DNA of 64,000 nucleotides from contig MU004196.1 in NCBI GenBank assembly GCA_010093605.1, positions 766,606 to 830,605 of the forward strand, read 5' to 3'. This stretch comes from Lophium mytilinum. Taxonomy: Eukaryota. The position numbers and the translations under genes are program-made. Each line of letters opens with the position of its first letter. Position 1 is the first letter of the stretch. Below the pieces are notes generated by a model. That model had not been told where the DNA came from, made no database searches, and worked only from the letters and a program-made list of their open reading frames with translations. This document shows positions 38,889 to 51,897 of this stretch, in pieces.

Positions 38889-40717
38889 ATGTTCTTTCGG
38901 GGTAGTGAGAGTAGGTCATCCTTGTTATATGACTTCGTGCGAGGCTGCTGTTCTAGAGCACTGATACCATACAGAGGCGGAAAAGACGCACGGCGCAGAC
39001 TCGCCGCCGCAGTATCCGTATGGCACCGATGAGACGGGCATCGAGTACGACGATGATCTTGGTGCTGTGTGCCCACCGCATACCACAGAAAGACGGCTGG
39101 TCAACAAGATTGATTGGCATGTTCTTCCTTTCTTGTGCATCATGTATCTTCTAGCCTTTCTCGACAGGTGAGTTAGATCCCATATGAGCTTCTTTGAGTA
39201 GTATATTGACCCAGGAGACAGAGTGAATATATCGAATGTATGCGCGTCTTGCCCGTTCGAGTCTGCCAGTTGCTTACCAAGATTTCATAGGCAAACGTAT
39301 TTGGTCTCTCTGAAGACTTAGGAATTGTCGAAGATAACAAGTATAACAACGCCCTTGTCATCTTCTTCGTGCCATACATTCTCTTCGAGATCCCCTCCAA
39401 TATGCTTCTCAAGAAGTTAAAGCCGCATATCTGGTGTAAGTCAGGCTCCGTGCTATGCCAAACCAGGCCTGTATCTAAACGATATAGTACCGTCATGCAT
39501 GTTCCTATTCGGTCTCACGACCGTATGTCAAGGCCTGGTCCAGAATTACTCCGGCTTGCTTGCGACTCGTGAGTAATGCGAAACCACTTCTGATAGCAGC
39601 TCCTGACATATGAATAGGATTCTTTCTAGGGCTGTTTGAGACGGGCATGTTTCCAGGATGTAAGATGACCTCCCTTTTTTAATTAGCAGAGCAACTCAAT
39701 AACAAAATAGGTTTCTATCTAATTGGCATGTGGTATCGCCGGCACGAAGCCCAGCGTCGCTACAGCTTCTTCTTTAGTAGCACAACTCTCGCAGGAGCAT
39801 TCGGCGGTCTTCTTGCCAGCGCCATTGGAAAGATGGATGGTATGCGAGGATACAAGGGCTGGAGATGGATCTTCATTCTCGAAGGCACCTTGACCTGCGT
39901 CGTCTCTCTCTCTTTCTTCTTCCTGATCCCTAGCTTTCCCGAAGAAGCGAAGTGGCTCCAGCCCTCCGAGCGTGAATACATCGCCGCTCGCCTCCGTCTC
40001 GACCAAGGCCGCTCAGCTGTGGAACGCAAAATTACACTCCAAGATGTCAAGAACGTCTTCAAAGACCCCAAGATTGTTGTCGGCGGCTTCATGTACCTGG
40101 GCCTAATAGTTCCCGCATACGGCTACGCGTACTTCTCGCCCGCCATCATCAAATCCTACGGCTACTCCCCCATTCAGACGCAACTGCACAGCGTGCCTCC
40201 GTGGGCAGCAGCTTTCGCTTTCGCCATGATCATTGCGTACGTCAGCGATAAAACCCGGCACCGATTCCTCTTCGCCATATTCCCTATCTGCGTCTGCATC
40301 ACGGGCTTCGCGATTCTTCTCGCCGTGCACGACAAGAAACATGTGCAGTATGCGGCGCTCTTCCTCGTTGCCATGGGCGCGTACGCAGCGATGCCAGTCA
40401 TCGTGTGCTTCTTCAACATGAATCTAGGCGGCCATCACCGGCGCGCTGTGGGGTCCGCGTGGCAGGTTGGGTTTGGAAACATCGGCGGCATCATCGCTGT
40501 GTACGCCTTCTTGAAGAAGGATGCGCCGAAGTACACGCCCGGGTATAGTATCTGTGTGTCTTTTGTGTGTTTGAGCATGCTGGCTACGACACTGTACTTC
40601 TTTATGTGCTTGAGGCAGAATCGGAACAGGGATAAGGCTGGACGAGATCTGAGTCTTTCAGAGTCAGAGAAGACGGAGATGGGCGATATGAGTCCGGATT
40701 ATCGATATATGTTGTAG
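38889..40717 (+). CDS. MFS transporter, anion:cation symporter (Dal5/Tna1-like) family, multi-exon
   Basis: KIDWHVLPFLCIMYLLAFLDR/VNISN; FEIPSN; GWRWIFILEG; FGNIGG. The start codon is tentative (ATG 38889 with intron 38911-38974). Confidence 0.88.
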
Positions 40718-41037
40718 GGAGGACTGCGAACGGGCGGCAGGTATCTTAGGAGATGCCAGAATCGGAAAAGTGTTATATTTGTAGTAAACTCTCATCAAGG
40801 TTTGAATGCAAGTCTTGTTATGTAAAGTAAATTCTGTTCAAAGCTTCACAAACATAAAATGAATATGAGCTACCTGGATTCCTTAACTAGATGTCAGATC
40901 TAGCAAGTACTAGCGCCGATCTCTTCCGCGGAAGTGGCGCGGGGTGTCTCACAGCTTACCTCCAAGCTTCCCCATGGAGCTCAACCTCATCGCCAATCCC
41001 TCTTCTCTCCCGCGCCCTGAACAACCACCCTTCCATA

Positions 41038-41955
41038 ATGGCGTCCTCGCATCCAAACAGCAACAACTTCCCCCTAACAAAAACAACATCCAACCGTCTC
41101 GCCCCCTCCCTCTTCGTCGGCCCCCCTTCACGGAATGCCTCAAACACATCCCTCCTCCCAACAACCACCAACACGCCCACCCCGCGCATCCCTCTAAACC
41201 GCCAACGCTCCCTCCTCGATCCAAAACGCCCCACACCCACCTCCAACCCCCACGATCCCACCACCCCCTCCGCCAACACCACCAGCACCGCCGGGACCGG
41301 CCCTTCCCCACAACCTCCCTCCTCCATCCAAGACCCGACCCTCCTTCCCCCCTCCTCAAACGCCGCCACCGCACCCACCAACCCTAACAATGCAGGCTTC
41401 TCGCGGCGCCAGCACGCGCAGGCCGCCGCCGCGGAAGCGCAGTCGGCCGAGCGCACCGACGCCATCTGGGCCGAGATGCAGAACACACTGGAGGAGGTGG
41501 AGCTGAGCGCGGAGGGGCCGCACGGGGCGGACGGGGGCGTCTTCGGGGTGCGTCACGAGCGGGCGCTGGCGGGGCTGCGAGACGCGCAGATTGCGCTGGC
41601 GGAGGCGTGGGGGCGGAGCGAGGGGGAGGTGGAGGGGGAGAGCGCGAAGGAGGAGGATGGGCGGCAGGCGGGGGAAGGGCAGGGGTTGGCGGATGTTAAG
41701 GGGCGGATGGCGCCGGCGGAGGGGGTCGGGGAGGGGGGAAAGAGCGCTTTGGAGGAGGAGACGATGAGGGATGTCGAGGCGAGTCGGAGGAGGAGGGAGG
41801 CGAATGAGCGGTATTTTCGGAGGGTTAATGCGGGGGTGTTGGAGGTGGTGGAGAAGTTGGAGGTTGTGGCGAGGATGATGAAGGGGGTTGAGTTGGAGAG
41901 TAAGGAGATTTGGAGGGATTCGGAGAGTGTGGAGACGGGGAGTATGGTGTCGTGA
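41038..41955 (+). CDS. Conserved fungal hypothetical protein (disordered N-terminus, coiled-coil; DUF5315-like)
   Basis: PSLFVGPPSRNAS; TDAIWAEMQNTLEEVELSA; VFG..H..AL..LRDAQIALAEAW; RRREANERYF..V..GVLEVVEKL. Family name recalled, not searched. Confidence 0.7.
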   Translation: MASSHPNSNNFPLTKTTSNRLAPSLFVGPPSRNASNTSLLPTTTNTPTPRIPLNRQRSLLDPKRPTPTSNPHDPTTPSANTTSTAGTGPSPQPPSSIQDPTLLPPSSNAATAPTNPNNAGFSRRQHAQAAAAEAQSAERTDAIWAEMQNTLEEVELSAEGPHGADGGVFGVRHERALAGLRDAQIALAEAWGRSEGEVEGESAKEEDGRQAGEGQGLADVKGRMAPAEGVGEGGKSALEEETMRDVEASRRRREANERYFRRVNAGVLEVVEKLEVVARMMKGVELESKEIWRDSESVETGSMVS

Positions 41956-43771
41956 GGGTTGTAGGAGGGATGTATTCATATTACGGGAGCAGGAGACAGC
42001 ATCATCGCTAAGGTCATGTCTTTTCTGTAGAAGGTCCTAGAATTAGGACCAAGGAGCCAGCGTGCGAAGTTCTCAGTAAATCAAGATACCCCTAGAGTGC
42101 TTCAATGCTCTAATGTACAATTCGTCCCCTAAGACCAATCCTCGCAGCTTAAGAACAGTCTCCATCCCGCTATGAATCCCAGCCGATGTTTACTCGCTGC
42201 ATTACGAACAAGACCATGTTTCATTCTCTGTTTGCTACGAGGAATCACAAGCAAAGATACTTCCCACCGCTACACCTGATCACACCAAACCCTCCTCCCA
42301 CCCACGTGACAGTAAGTCTTCGACAACGTATAGAAGATTCCTCTTCTCCCGCCAGTCTCAAAGATTAAGGCGGGGGCAATGTCTGCAGCATAAACAGTGA
42401 AAACTACTTCACCAAATGGCTGTAAAAAGCAAGCCGGAAGAGACAAATGGAGGTTGTGCTTCGCGGGCAGCAAAATGCAGCAGGACCCCCAGGAATGGAC
42501 TGGCGGCAAAGCGACAGTACCAGCAGTGATGATGCTGAGCGTCAGGTCCAGTAGTTGTATCTCAATAGAGGGACAGTAAAGATGCCTACCATATTAGGAC
42601 AGTGGCGATGGGCCTCATCAATAGGTGAGCAAAGTTTAGTAGAGCGAATATAGGTTCCCTGCTCCACCATCCAAAACCACGGCCATCCACCTATGAAAAG
42701 TGGATGGAATCCGTCTGGTCGAAGGAACGCGCGACGGAACGGATCTGACAGTCGTGCAGCGTCAACGGCCATAACGGCTATCCCTCGAGTCTCTGTTTGG
42801 TGCGTCCATAGCCTAGCCATTTCCTTATCATGCATATAATGCCCCCAACCCGATCTCCTGGTATGCGTCTCGATTTCGGCCTTGACATCAGGGTGGGTAT
42901 TGGCTCCATAGGCAGCTTCTTGCGGGTTCGCTAGGGCTTGTAGGCTGGCTTCTATCGTGATTCGTGCGCTGACTTCGATGATGCACCCGGTGGCGCGTAG
43001 AATGGCGGGGCCTGGACTATGGCTCTCATAGTGAGGAGGAGGCTTGCTTCGATAGTTTATTTTCTGTTGAATCTAGCTATAGTCGGGCATCGAAGGTAGA
43101 TGTAGAATGAGTACGGCAGAATGCATAGCGGGGAAGTCAACGCAGCGTTTGCTTGAGGATAATTAGGATTCGCTGAAGAACGCGGTACCTCTGGTATCTG
43201 AAGCCAAAGAGCAAGTATGGCGGGCCGCGGGAAACTCTTTGAGGACAACGTCAAGTCAGGCTCCTTGAGGTTTCGCTCGGGGCTTGTCCGGTGGGAATAT
43301 GGGCGCCATCGCCCGCAGAAGCTTAGGTGCAGCGACATGGCGAAGACAGCAAGACAGCAGTGAATGAAGCGTAGACGAGGCAAGTAGTCCACGTTTGGGT
43401 CTCTTCAGGTGAGATGGATGGGGCTTCGCTCTGGTCACGGGAGGTCTGGTGAGGCGGAGGCGTTGGACGACAGCAACACCACTCCACATCAGAGGCCATC
43501 GTGTTTTGCTAAGATTGCTCGTCAGCGGGATTCATAGATGATGAAGGGCTTCATAATGTAGGTACTCTAGCTATGTCTCGCCCACAAATGTTAACCCAAG
43601 GCATCGCACAATGGCGGTCAAGGGCGTTAAATATTGCGACCCCGCAGGCCAGCCCACGGTCGCAGCCAGCATCAACACCACGACACCATGTCGGTTGCAG
43701 AGATTTGCAGCAAAGCAGTTTCTTCTTCGAAGCCCCAGACAAGCTGAGAAGTTCAATGAAAAAAGATAGAG

Positions 43772-44013
43772 AGTTCGCGTCGGCCCGAGGCAGTGCAATA
43801 CGAGCGACACTGTGTTCCTGAACATAGGCAAGCCCAGCGGCCCAGAAACGGTTTCCAAAGACTGGATTAATCTTGAGAGATCCCGTAGGATCGTTTCAGA
43901 GATTAAACTGAAAAGAACAGATACTACACTTGATCTAAGCCAAAAGGCACTATAAAAATTGTTAGCAAAAGCACAAAACTTTGGGGGGAAGTGTCGACTT
44001 ACAAGAGAGCTGA
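43772..44013 (-). ncRNA. U2: U2 spliceosomal snRNA interrupted by a 53-nt spliceosomal intron (43950-44002)
   Basis: Minus strand reads CAGCTCTCTT|intron|TGCCTTTTGGCTTAGATCAAGTGTAGTATCTGTTCTTTTCAGTTTAATCTCTGAAA, with the branch-recognition GUAGUA and the stem-loop IV loop TATTGCACTG. Ends are approximate. Confidence 0.95.
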
Positions 44014-44661
44014 AAAAGAAAGGAAGGTCGGGGGGCGGGCTGGGTGATATACTTCGAAAAGATTGAGAGTCTTGGCGCTGACTCATCAGCGCTAGACCGT
44101 TTAACTGGGGACAGTTTAATTGGGGTTCTCCAGGCAGCAGCGTGGAATGTGGTGGAACTTTTCGACGGGATTTGTGGGGGTGCATAGTCTCACGTGCATA
44201 AATGAGCACAACTGTTTGGGATGCTTTGAAGAAGTCAATTTCCTTGGTACGTACTTGATCGATAATATCATTCTCAGATTCTCGCAAAAGTAGCAATCCA
44301 AGAATCTGGAACTCCTTCTACTTTTGGTATACATGCACTCTGAACTTGCCTAGCACCGTTTGAAGTCCTCTAAAACGCCAGGAAGAACTAGGAAGCGACA
44401 AGTTTCACAACCTGAGAGGGAGTCGTGTTACACTGTCTCTCTATGTTCCACAGAACCTCACCGCTTGCGTCTCCAGCCACCTGTCCTGTAGAATCTTCTC
44501 TCCTCGTCCAAATTGACCCTACTGACAGGAAAGACTCTACACCTGCTTAATCTACTTGCATCTGTTCAACGCTGTGTGTGATGCTACGACAGATATCAGA
44601 ACTTTGAGCAAATCTCACATTGACCGATCTGTGGAGTCAATCAACACACCGACATATCAAC

Positions 44662-46227
44662 ATGAAGCTACTACTGGACCTTCCGCCCGAGCTCCTCATT
44701 TGGACAGTTTCCTCGCTCGATCCAGTCAAGGACAGGCGAACCCTCTACAATCTCTGTCTTACGTCCAAGGCCCTTCGTCCAGTAGCCCAACCCGTATTGT
44801 TCTCCATCTTTGCCCACTACGACGAACGCCGGGAGAAACATTGCGAGGATGAGCTTGTGCCATTCTCTACACCCAAGCTGCCACTGTTCCAATTTGCGCG
44901 CACTCTCATCCTTCGTCCAGACCTGGCGCACAAAGTGCAGACTTTAGACACAAGCGCCATACGCTGCCACGAGTTCGATGGTCGTGACGAAGTAACCGAT
45001 GAGGACTTCGACATCTTGACCCAAGCTGTCCTTGGAATGTCAAGCGCAGCAAGCTGGCAAGAATACCTGAGGAATTTCGACCTTAATGCTTGCATAGGAC
45101 TCTTGATTTGTCTCCTCCCAAAGCTGGAAACCTTCAGATTCGCCGTCACCGAATTCAATACCGCCATCGCCGAAGAGTCACTGTCGTACCTAGAGTCATG
45201 GCCCGGCTCTGTCGTTCAGGGAACCGCTCGCCCTTCTCCCTTTTCTTCTCTGAGGTCCCTCCATATTACTGGGACTGGCGAGACCTACGCGTTTAGCAAC
45301 GCATTCGACCTGAACATCATCGGCCCAATCCTCTCCTTGCCCACGTTAGAGATCTTTGAGGCGGAAAATTGCTTTCGGGACGATAAATATGAATGGACCG
45401 CCGAAACCTTTCAATGCCCAGCACGTTCGTTAAACATCTCTACTCTCACCTTCACGAATAGTGCCGTCAGCAGAGCATATATGGAAAGATTGATTGCCGG
45501 GTGTCGGTCGCTGAGAAAGTTCGAATATCAAAGACGGAAGGACACTGGAAGTCTTGGATATCCCCTAAGACCTTGCAGCCTGGATGAGATATGCTCAGCA
45601 CTTCAATCCCATGCTGCATCACTCTGGCAAGTTGGATTGACAATCGATGAGGTGGAAGATTTTAACTTGAATCTGGAGTCATGCCAATACCTGAAGACAC
45701 TGCGGCTCTGGGTATATGGCGGTTCAGCTCTCAGGGCCCAGCCACTACCCCAATCACTAGAACAGCTATGGCTTAGGGGTAACCACCCCGAAGTAGAGGA
45801 CGTGTTCTCAATCCTGGACTTCCCGCTGCAGAAGAGAAGGCTTCCTTCGTTCGCCACGATTGAAGTTGACGCCACCGATTTCGGGAGCATAGTTCCGTCA
45901 GACTTTGAACATGGCGATTGGTCAGACGCTTGCTGTCGGCCACCACTCACCGAATTAGAAACTCTGAAGATGTACTACACGTGGAAGGAGGCTTGGCTGG
46001 ATGGAACGGATATAGAGCTTGTCTTCCTCAACGAACCAAGATTTCCTAATTTCGACAGCTCGTACGTTCCGTCGCCTGAAGGACTTCAGATATTTCAGAA
46101 AATACAGGACGAAGGCGTGTCCGTGAACTCCAGTTACTCTTCAGATGAAGACGAGGAAATAACGCATCTACAAACTTGTCGATTTGTGCAACGAAAGCAC
46201 GATAGCAAAGAAGACTGTCACACTTGA
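44662..46227 (+). CDS. F-box plus LRR-like protein, intronless
   Basis: MKLLLDLPPELL..LYNLCLTSKALRPVAQPVLF (F-box-like), FARTLILRPDLAHKV, and repeated LxxLxxL segments. Confidence 0.8.
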   Translation: MKLLLDLPPELLIWTVSSLDPVKDRRTLYNLCLTSKALRPVAQPVLFSIFAHYDERREKHCEDELVPFSTPKLPLFQFARTLILRPDLAHKVQTLDTSAIRCHEFDGRDEVTDEDFDILTQAVLGMSSAASWQEYLRNFDLNACIGLLICLLPKLETFRFAVTEFNTAIAEESLSYLESWPGSVVQGTARPSPFSSLRSLHITGTGETYAFSNAFDLNIIGPILSLPTLEIFEAENCFRDDKYEWTAETFQCPARSLNISTLTFTNSAVSRAYMERLIAGCRSLRKFEYQRRKDTGSLGYPLRPCSLDEICSALQSHAASLWQVGLTIDEVEDFNLNLESCQYLKTLRLWVYGGSALRAQPLPQSLEQLWLRGNHPEVEDVFSILDFPLQKRRLPSFATIEVDATDFGSIVPSDFEHGDWSDACCRPPLTELETLKMYYTWKEAWLDGTDIELVFLNEPRFPNFDSSYVPSPEGLQIFQKIQDEGVSVNSSYSSDEDEEITHLQTCRFVQRKHDSKEDCHT

Positions 46228-47541
46228 CACTAGAGGCATCCTTGCGAGGCCACCGAATGATCAAGCTAGTTCTCTACCATCTCGTATCAACTTATTGAGA
46301 ATCTGTCGAACAACCTAAACATTTCAACCCATATCTCTACCTATGGCCCAACCCGAAACTACGAACTCATCGCTACCTCACCCGCAAACACGCCTCCAGC
46401 CACAAGCTACCCCAAGTATCCTACTCCTCTGTCGTGGTCTGCCGAGGAATCTCAGCCCTACAACACACGCTTCCACTACCAACTCCCCCTAACATCCGCT
46501 CTTGCCCCATACCCCTCCGAAACTCAAACCCTATAACACACCCACCGCCCTCAACCCCCCTCCACCCCATCTAATCCAGCCCCCAAACCCACCCCCTCCC
46601 ATCCCGCCCCCAACCTTACCTCATCACCGTCAGATCGGGCCCCCCGCCAAGCTCCCTAGGGCATTTCCACTCACCACTTCGAGGGGGCAAGCGCACGCGA
46701 GCTGAGATGCGGGTCGGGGGCCTGAGCTGAAAGCTAGCGCCTCGCTATAAGTAGGGGAGGGGAGAGTAGGCTGTGGCTGAGCCCGAGAGATCCGAAGTCA
46801 GGTTTAGATTTCGGTGGCGGGTAAGACATTAATGCAGAGTAAAGGTTCTTGGCGGACAGATGCGGTGCTGGGACGGAATGTTGTGGATCTCGTGGCTGCC
46901 GCTGTTTGGGGAGGGAGAGGTGTTGACAGATTCAGAGAGCGGAAGATGTGTAGATTATTGTGTGCTTCTGGGGGTTAGTAGATAAACCAGGTCGTCCGAG
47001 CAGACGCGGCGAGTTCAATGGGCTGTTTGTCGAGAGACTTCAAAAACACAGGACATGATAGATCAGACCAAAACTTCCATAAAACCTCTCGAAAAGCTCA
47101 CGTCTATTCATCTATGGATCTCATTTATTCCCACACACCGTATGCCTTTCGATCAAAAATAGGTAAAAAAAACGCCTTAGGTAGTAGTAGTTATCAAGCA
47201 CATAAATCTCCTCCATAACCGTTAAAACTGGTGAACCCCCAAGAACCCCCGCCCTGTCATCAACCGTAAAAGCTTTACCCACGCAAGGCATTCATTCTAA
47301 CCCCAGTGCTAGAAAAACCCGCAGTGTTGGAGGAAAGTGGTATCCCAGGCAAAGAAAACGAAAAAAAAACAAAGAGGTGCTGGAAAGCAAGAAACGAAAG
47401 TCATGAAACAAAAGCATACAAGCCTGAGCGTAAACGGCGCCGTAGTCAAAACGCAATGCTCGACAGTGAGGAAGAATTTAATGAATAGCGGGAAGAAAAA
47501 GACATGGAGAAGAGTGATGGTGCACGGAGACAGGGCAAGCG

Positions 47542-49859
47542 CTACCTGCTGCCTTCATAGTCACTTGCCCATCCGCCTGCTGCGTACACGCCCGAAGCAT
47601 TGGGTTGCGCGTAACCATCGTCTTCCTCTTCGTAGTACTCGCCGCCGCTGCTGGCGTCGAAGCTGCTGCGGCCGCTGATCTCGCCTTCGACGTCGTCGGG
47701 GCCGCCTGCTGGGAGCTGGTCCCATTGGATGCCGGCGAGTGCTGGGTACTGGGCGAGCAAAGCCGCCGGTAGGCCATATTGCTGAGGAGCAGGCAGACCA
47801 GTTTGGTCCATTCCACCAGATGCTGAGGGGTAGCCCTGGTAGCCTTGCTGTTGCGGAGGCATCATGCCGTAGCCGGAAGGCTGCATATTGTTGCCGAACC
47901 CGTTGCCATTGTCCATCGATTGCTGGCTCTGCGGATCCCACGACCCGCCCTTCTCTTGCGCCTCCTCTTCTAATAGAGGTCGAATGCAGACACGACCAGC
48001 CTCGGAGCGGAAATGGCGTCCAAGGGCATCGGCGCGGGCAAACCGCCTTCCGCAGCCCCAGCTTCCATTATCCTTCAGCACCCCTCGACAAACAAACTTC
48101 TTCTCTCCCGAATGGAGCCCTTCGTGGCGTTTTCGATCGTGCTGGCGAGCAAAGGCTTTGCCACAGACACTGCAGACGAAAGGGCGCTCATCGGTGTGGG
48201 TGCGGAGATGAGATCGAAGGTTGTACGCTCGAGTAAATCGCTTCGGGCACAAGTTACACTGGAAGGTTGCCGGGTGCTTTTGGGTGCGCTTCGCACTAGA
48301 TCCAGGACCTTCAGCGGGTCCTCCCGCAGAAGTCGGCCTCGAAGGATCCGCCAAGTCCAGGATGTAATCCCGGTGAGGAATGCTAGATGTTGAGGATCGG
48401 CGAGAGGACTTTGTAGAGGGCGAAGGAGAGCGCGACGATGGCACCTTGGCGGCATTTGGAGAAAGCGATCGGCTGGGATCCGAGTGGCCACTCGCTGGTG
48501 TGGAGGCGCGGGTGCTTGCGCCACTGAACGGGTCCGACTTGGCACGCATACGATTGCGGCTTCGTGCTAAGATAACGTTTAGACATTATTGATAACGAAA
48601 GCTTGAATTTACTCACATCGATCTGGCGGGCTGAGGGCATCAGTCTGCGTTTCGGGTCTCGCAGGCTCGAAGCTCGCTTGCCGTGAAGGAGGCGCAAAGT
48701 CAATATTGATCTCTGGGGGAGACATCGTATCGGCTTGGCCAAAGTCTCCGCCCTGGTTTATCGTAGGGAATGGCTCATGGCCTGGTCCTTGATACATTTC
48801 CAGTCCTTGCTGTCCACCATACTGATTGTTCATGGCCTGGAGACCATAGCTGTTGCTTGAGGTGAAAGGAGGCAGCGATTGCTGCTGCGGCATGAGTCGA
48901 GGCGAGATGTGTGGGCTGTGGCCGGGGCTGATATGCGACTGATTCTCTGATAGCGTGAACTGGCCAAACTGCAGCACCTCCTGGAACAAGGCGGGGTCTT
49001 GCTGGGCGGCCAGCAGCGGTGATGGGTTGTCATTCGGCTCGAAGTCGCTGTTGCCAAGGTACGGCGAGGGCTGCGCGGAGGACGAGACGTCAGAGTATGT
49101 GTCGGACGGTGCCCTCCGGTGGCCGTGGAAGCCCATGCCACCCCATTCCGGGCCTTGAGGCTGCCCGTATGCTGCGCTGGGGTCTAGTGACGCATGCCGG
49201 GAGTGGTTCGGTGACGGGAATGCGCCTTGGTTCATGTTCGGGGAGGCATGCGGGCTGCCGTTGGGGCGATTCATGTGGGGCTGGAGGAGATGGGGAGGAG
49301 TCGGGGAGTGCGCCTGCGTGGTCGCCATCTGGTTCATAAGGTTGGAGGGGTCTACCGAGTGGTCCTGCGGCTTCGCGTCGAGCAGATGCGGATCCAAGGT
49401 ACCGAGGAAAGAGGGATCGATTGACTGCTCTTGATTGAGGCTGTTGCCTTGGTAGAACTGGTTGAACTCGTCGTTGTTGCCGCCTTGGTTGTTGATATCA
49501 AGGAGCTCAGGCGCAAAAAGGCTGCCTTGCGGCCCGAACTGCGGACTGGGCGCGTGCTGGTGGGAGAGGCCGCCCTGTGCCTGGAGGAAGGACTGGTCGG
49601 CGGGATTGTGCTGCGGGAACTGCTGGTTCTGGCCGGCGGTGAGGTAGTGCGATGAATTGTCGAAGCTCTGGCCGGACAGATTGGTGTTGTTGTTGTTGCT
49701 GTAGGGGTTGGTGGCGTAGGGGTCGGGCGACAGCGATTGATCGAGGCCGAGTCCAGGTAGGGTATTGTGGTAGGGCGCGTGAGGGGACGGGGAGGGCGAA
49801 TGTCTTATATTCTGCTGGTGGCCCTGCGAGGGCGACCTGCCCCGCTGGTGGGGATCCAT
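47542..49859 (-). CDS. crzA: Calcineurin-responsive C2H2 zinc-finger transcription factor CrzA/Crz1
   Basis: [57 protein letters not shown]; PxIxIT-like PEINID; intron 48567-48616. Confidence 0.95.
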
Positions 49860-51897
49860 GGTGCTCGAGGCGTGTTGCTTTTCTGGGAGACAGGACGGGC
49901 CGCTATGACCATGGATCGCCGCTTAAAGGCGACGCGGAGGCACTTGTTGGGGCTTCCAGTGAGCGGTGGACAGGGTCGGCGTGCGGTGAGTGGTGAGCAG
50001 ACAGTCGAGCCGGGCTGTGAGGCTCGTGAGATCACGATAGAGGAGGATCAGGACGGTGGTGGAGGGGCTGTGCTTGCGCCGTCGGCAAGAGGGTTAAGGT
50101 AGGGCCGTGCTGGGGACGCTTGCTGGCCTGGTCCGCAAATAGACTGCGATGCGCGCGGGGACCGTCGGCACCAGCTTCTGTCCACAACGACTGGTTGCAC
50201 GCGCGCGAGAGCTGTTTCAGCGGCCCAGATGAAACAGAGGGTCGTTGGGGGCTGCGGCGGTGCGGCGGTGCGGCGGGTGCTGCCAGCTATGCGGCGTCAG
50301 GACAGCGCAGAGAGAGCCAGATCGCGGGACGTGTTGGTGGCCTAAACGTCGTCTGTCAGGGCAGCAGCGCGACTACCACGGCCGCAGAAGAGGTCGCGGG
50401 CGGCGTGGATACTGTTCTGTTGCTGGAGACGTTGTCGAGGACTTCGGTGCGAGGGAGCGGGATAACAACGAGCACAAATTGGACGTGGATGCTCAAGTCT
50501 AAGCCTCGCGCGGTGCGGTGGCCTTTAAGCAGTTCACGCACCTCTTCAGTCGTCGCCGTAAGATTAAGGTATGGACAAGGCATTAGCGACCGCCCTCTCT
50601 GCTGGGCGTTTAGGCATGTTGGGCGTGGGATGGTCCAACAATGCGCCCACAGCAGGCAGGCCCGTCAGAGCCATCACCACTGCATCACGGCGCTGCATCT
50701 CAGAGCCGCGCGCCGGACGACTGTCTCGAAACATCTATTTTCACCGCATCAACAGCGCTCTGCGTCGAATCACAGAGGACGGACGCGCGAATTGAGCAAT
50801 CGGTCGTCGGACCACGCCAAGATGCGTGCGCCTCGCCTGAGAGCACTGCCACACCTCAAGGCTGACCCGGGGGGGCCCTCAACTCCACGAGGCAGACTTC
50901 TCAGGGTCCGTCCCCACGACGTCCACCACACCGTTTCTGCCCTGTGTTCCTGGTTCGCGGGACCTGCCACCTCTTCCGTTGCGTCACTCCGTGTCGTGCC
51001 ACAGTTAATAATAGCACCGGGTGCCTGGCCTGTGGCTCCACCCGCTTGCTAGCGGCGACAGGTGGGATCTAACCTATGGGGCCTGTTAATCTATCTGTAA
51101 ATGTGCGCACTTGCAGCACGACATGCGCAGATGAAGCCGTCTGAGTAGCCCGACGGGTTTCCAGACTGTTGAAACAATAGCTTCCATCTATTCTGATCCT
51201 ACAAGTGCATTAGGGCATGCACAGCGTGTAAGCAAGACTTGGGAGTGCCTGCTTCTATGTATCCAAAGAAACCTGCGAATTAGTGTGAGCGAAAAGAAGA
51301 TTGCATAGCAGCTCTGCAGCTAGCGCCATTTGAGGTAGCTTAGCGGATTGAGTGTTGCGCAAAGTACTTAAGTTTTCTCTCGTCCAGATTTGCAGTAGTG
51401 TATTGAAGGACTTTTAATGGGCGAGTACATACAGTCATCGTATCTGCTTGTAAGTTTCCTTTCTGCCGCTGCTTCAGCGTTCAGACCTAATTAGAGAAAC
51501 GTGTGGGCCTATTGAGGTTGAAATGTCAAAACAATCGACAGGCGCCACTGTTTGAGGTGACTTGGTGAGTTTACCGGGAGCATAGAATAGTCAGATGGGT
51601 CTTGTTAAGATTGCGACAGCGCATCGAAACCTTCAGATGGTGACAGCCAAGTGCACAGATATTTCGGAAATTATATTACGTCACTCGAGTCCTGTTTACA
51701 TCCGAGGGCTTTGACGAATATCTTGGTTTCATGATCGAATGTATGCTGGTGCTAGGCTTGAGTCAGTACCTAAAGGCATTCCACCTAGCGACAGACAGGT
51801 ACACAAGAACAGCGGGTTGGTAAGGTACCTTGTGATTGTATAAATATGCAAAGCTCAGATCTGTCGCTCGACTAGCCGCCCGATCTAACATCTCCAC

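Noticed and set aside
43571..44296. 241-aa minus-strand ORF
   Set aside because: It overlaps the U2 snRNA gene, has no recognisable motif and starts at a non-ATG codon; likely chance.
50120..51052. 310-aa plus-strand ORF upstream of crzA
   Set aside because: GC-rich promoter/5' UTR region, non-ATG start and no protein-like motifs.
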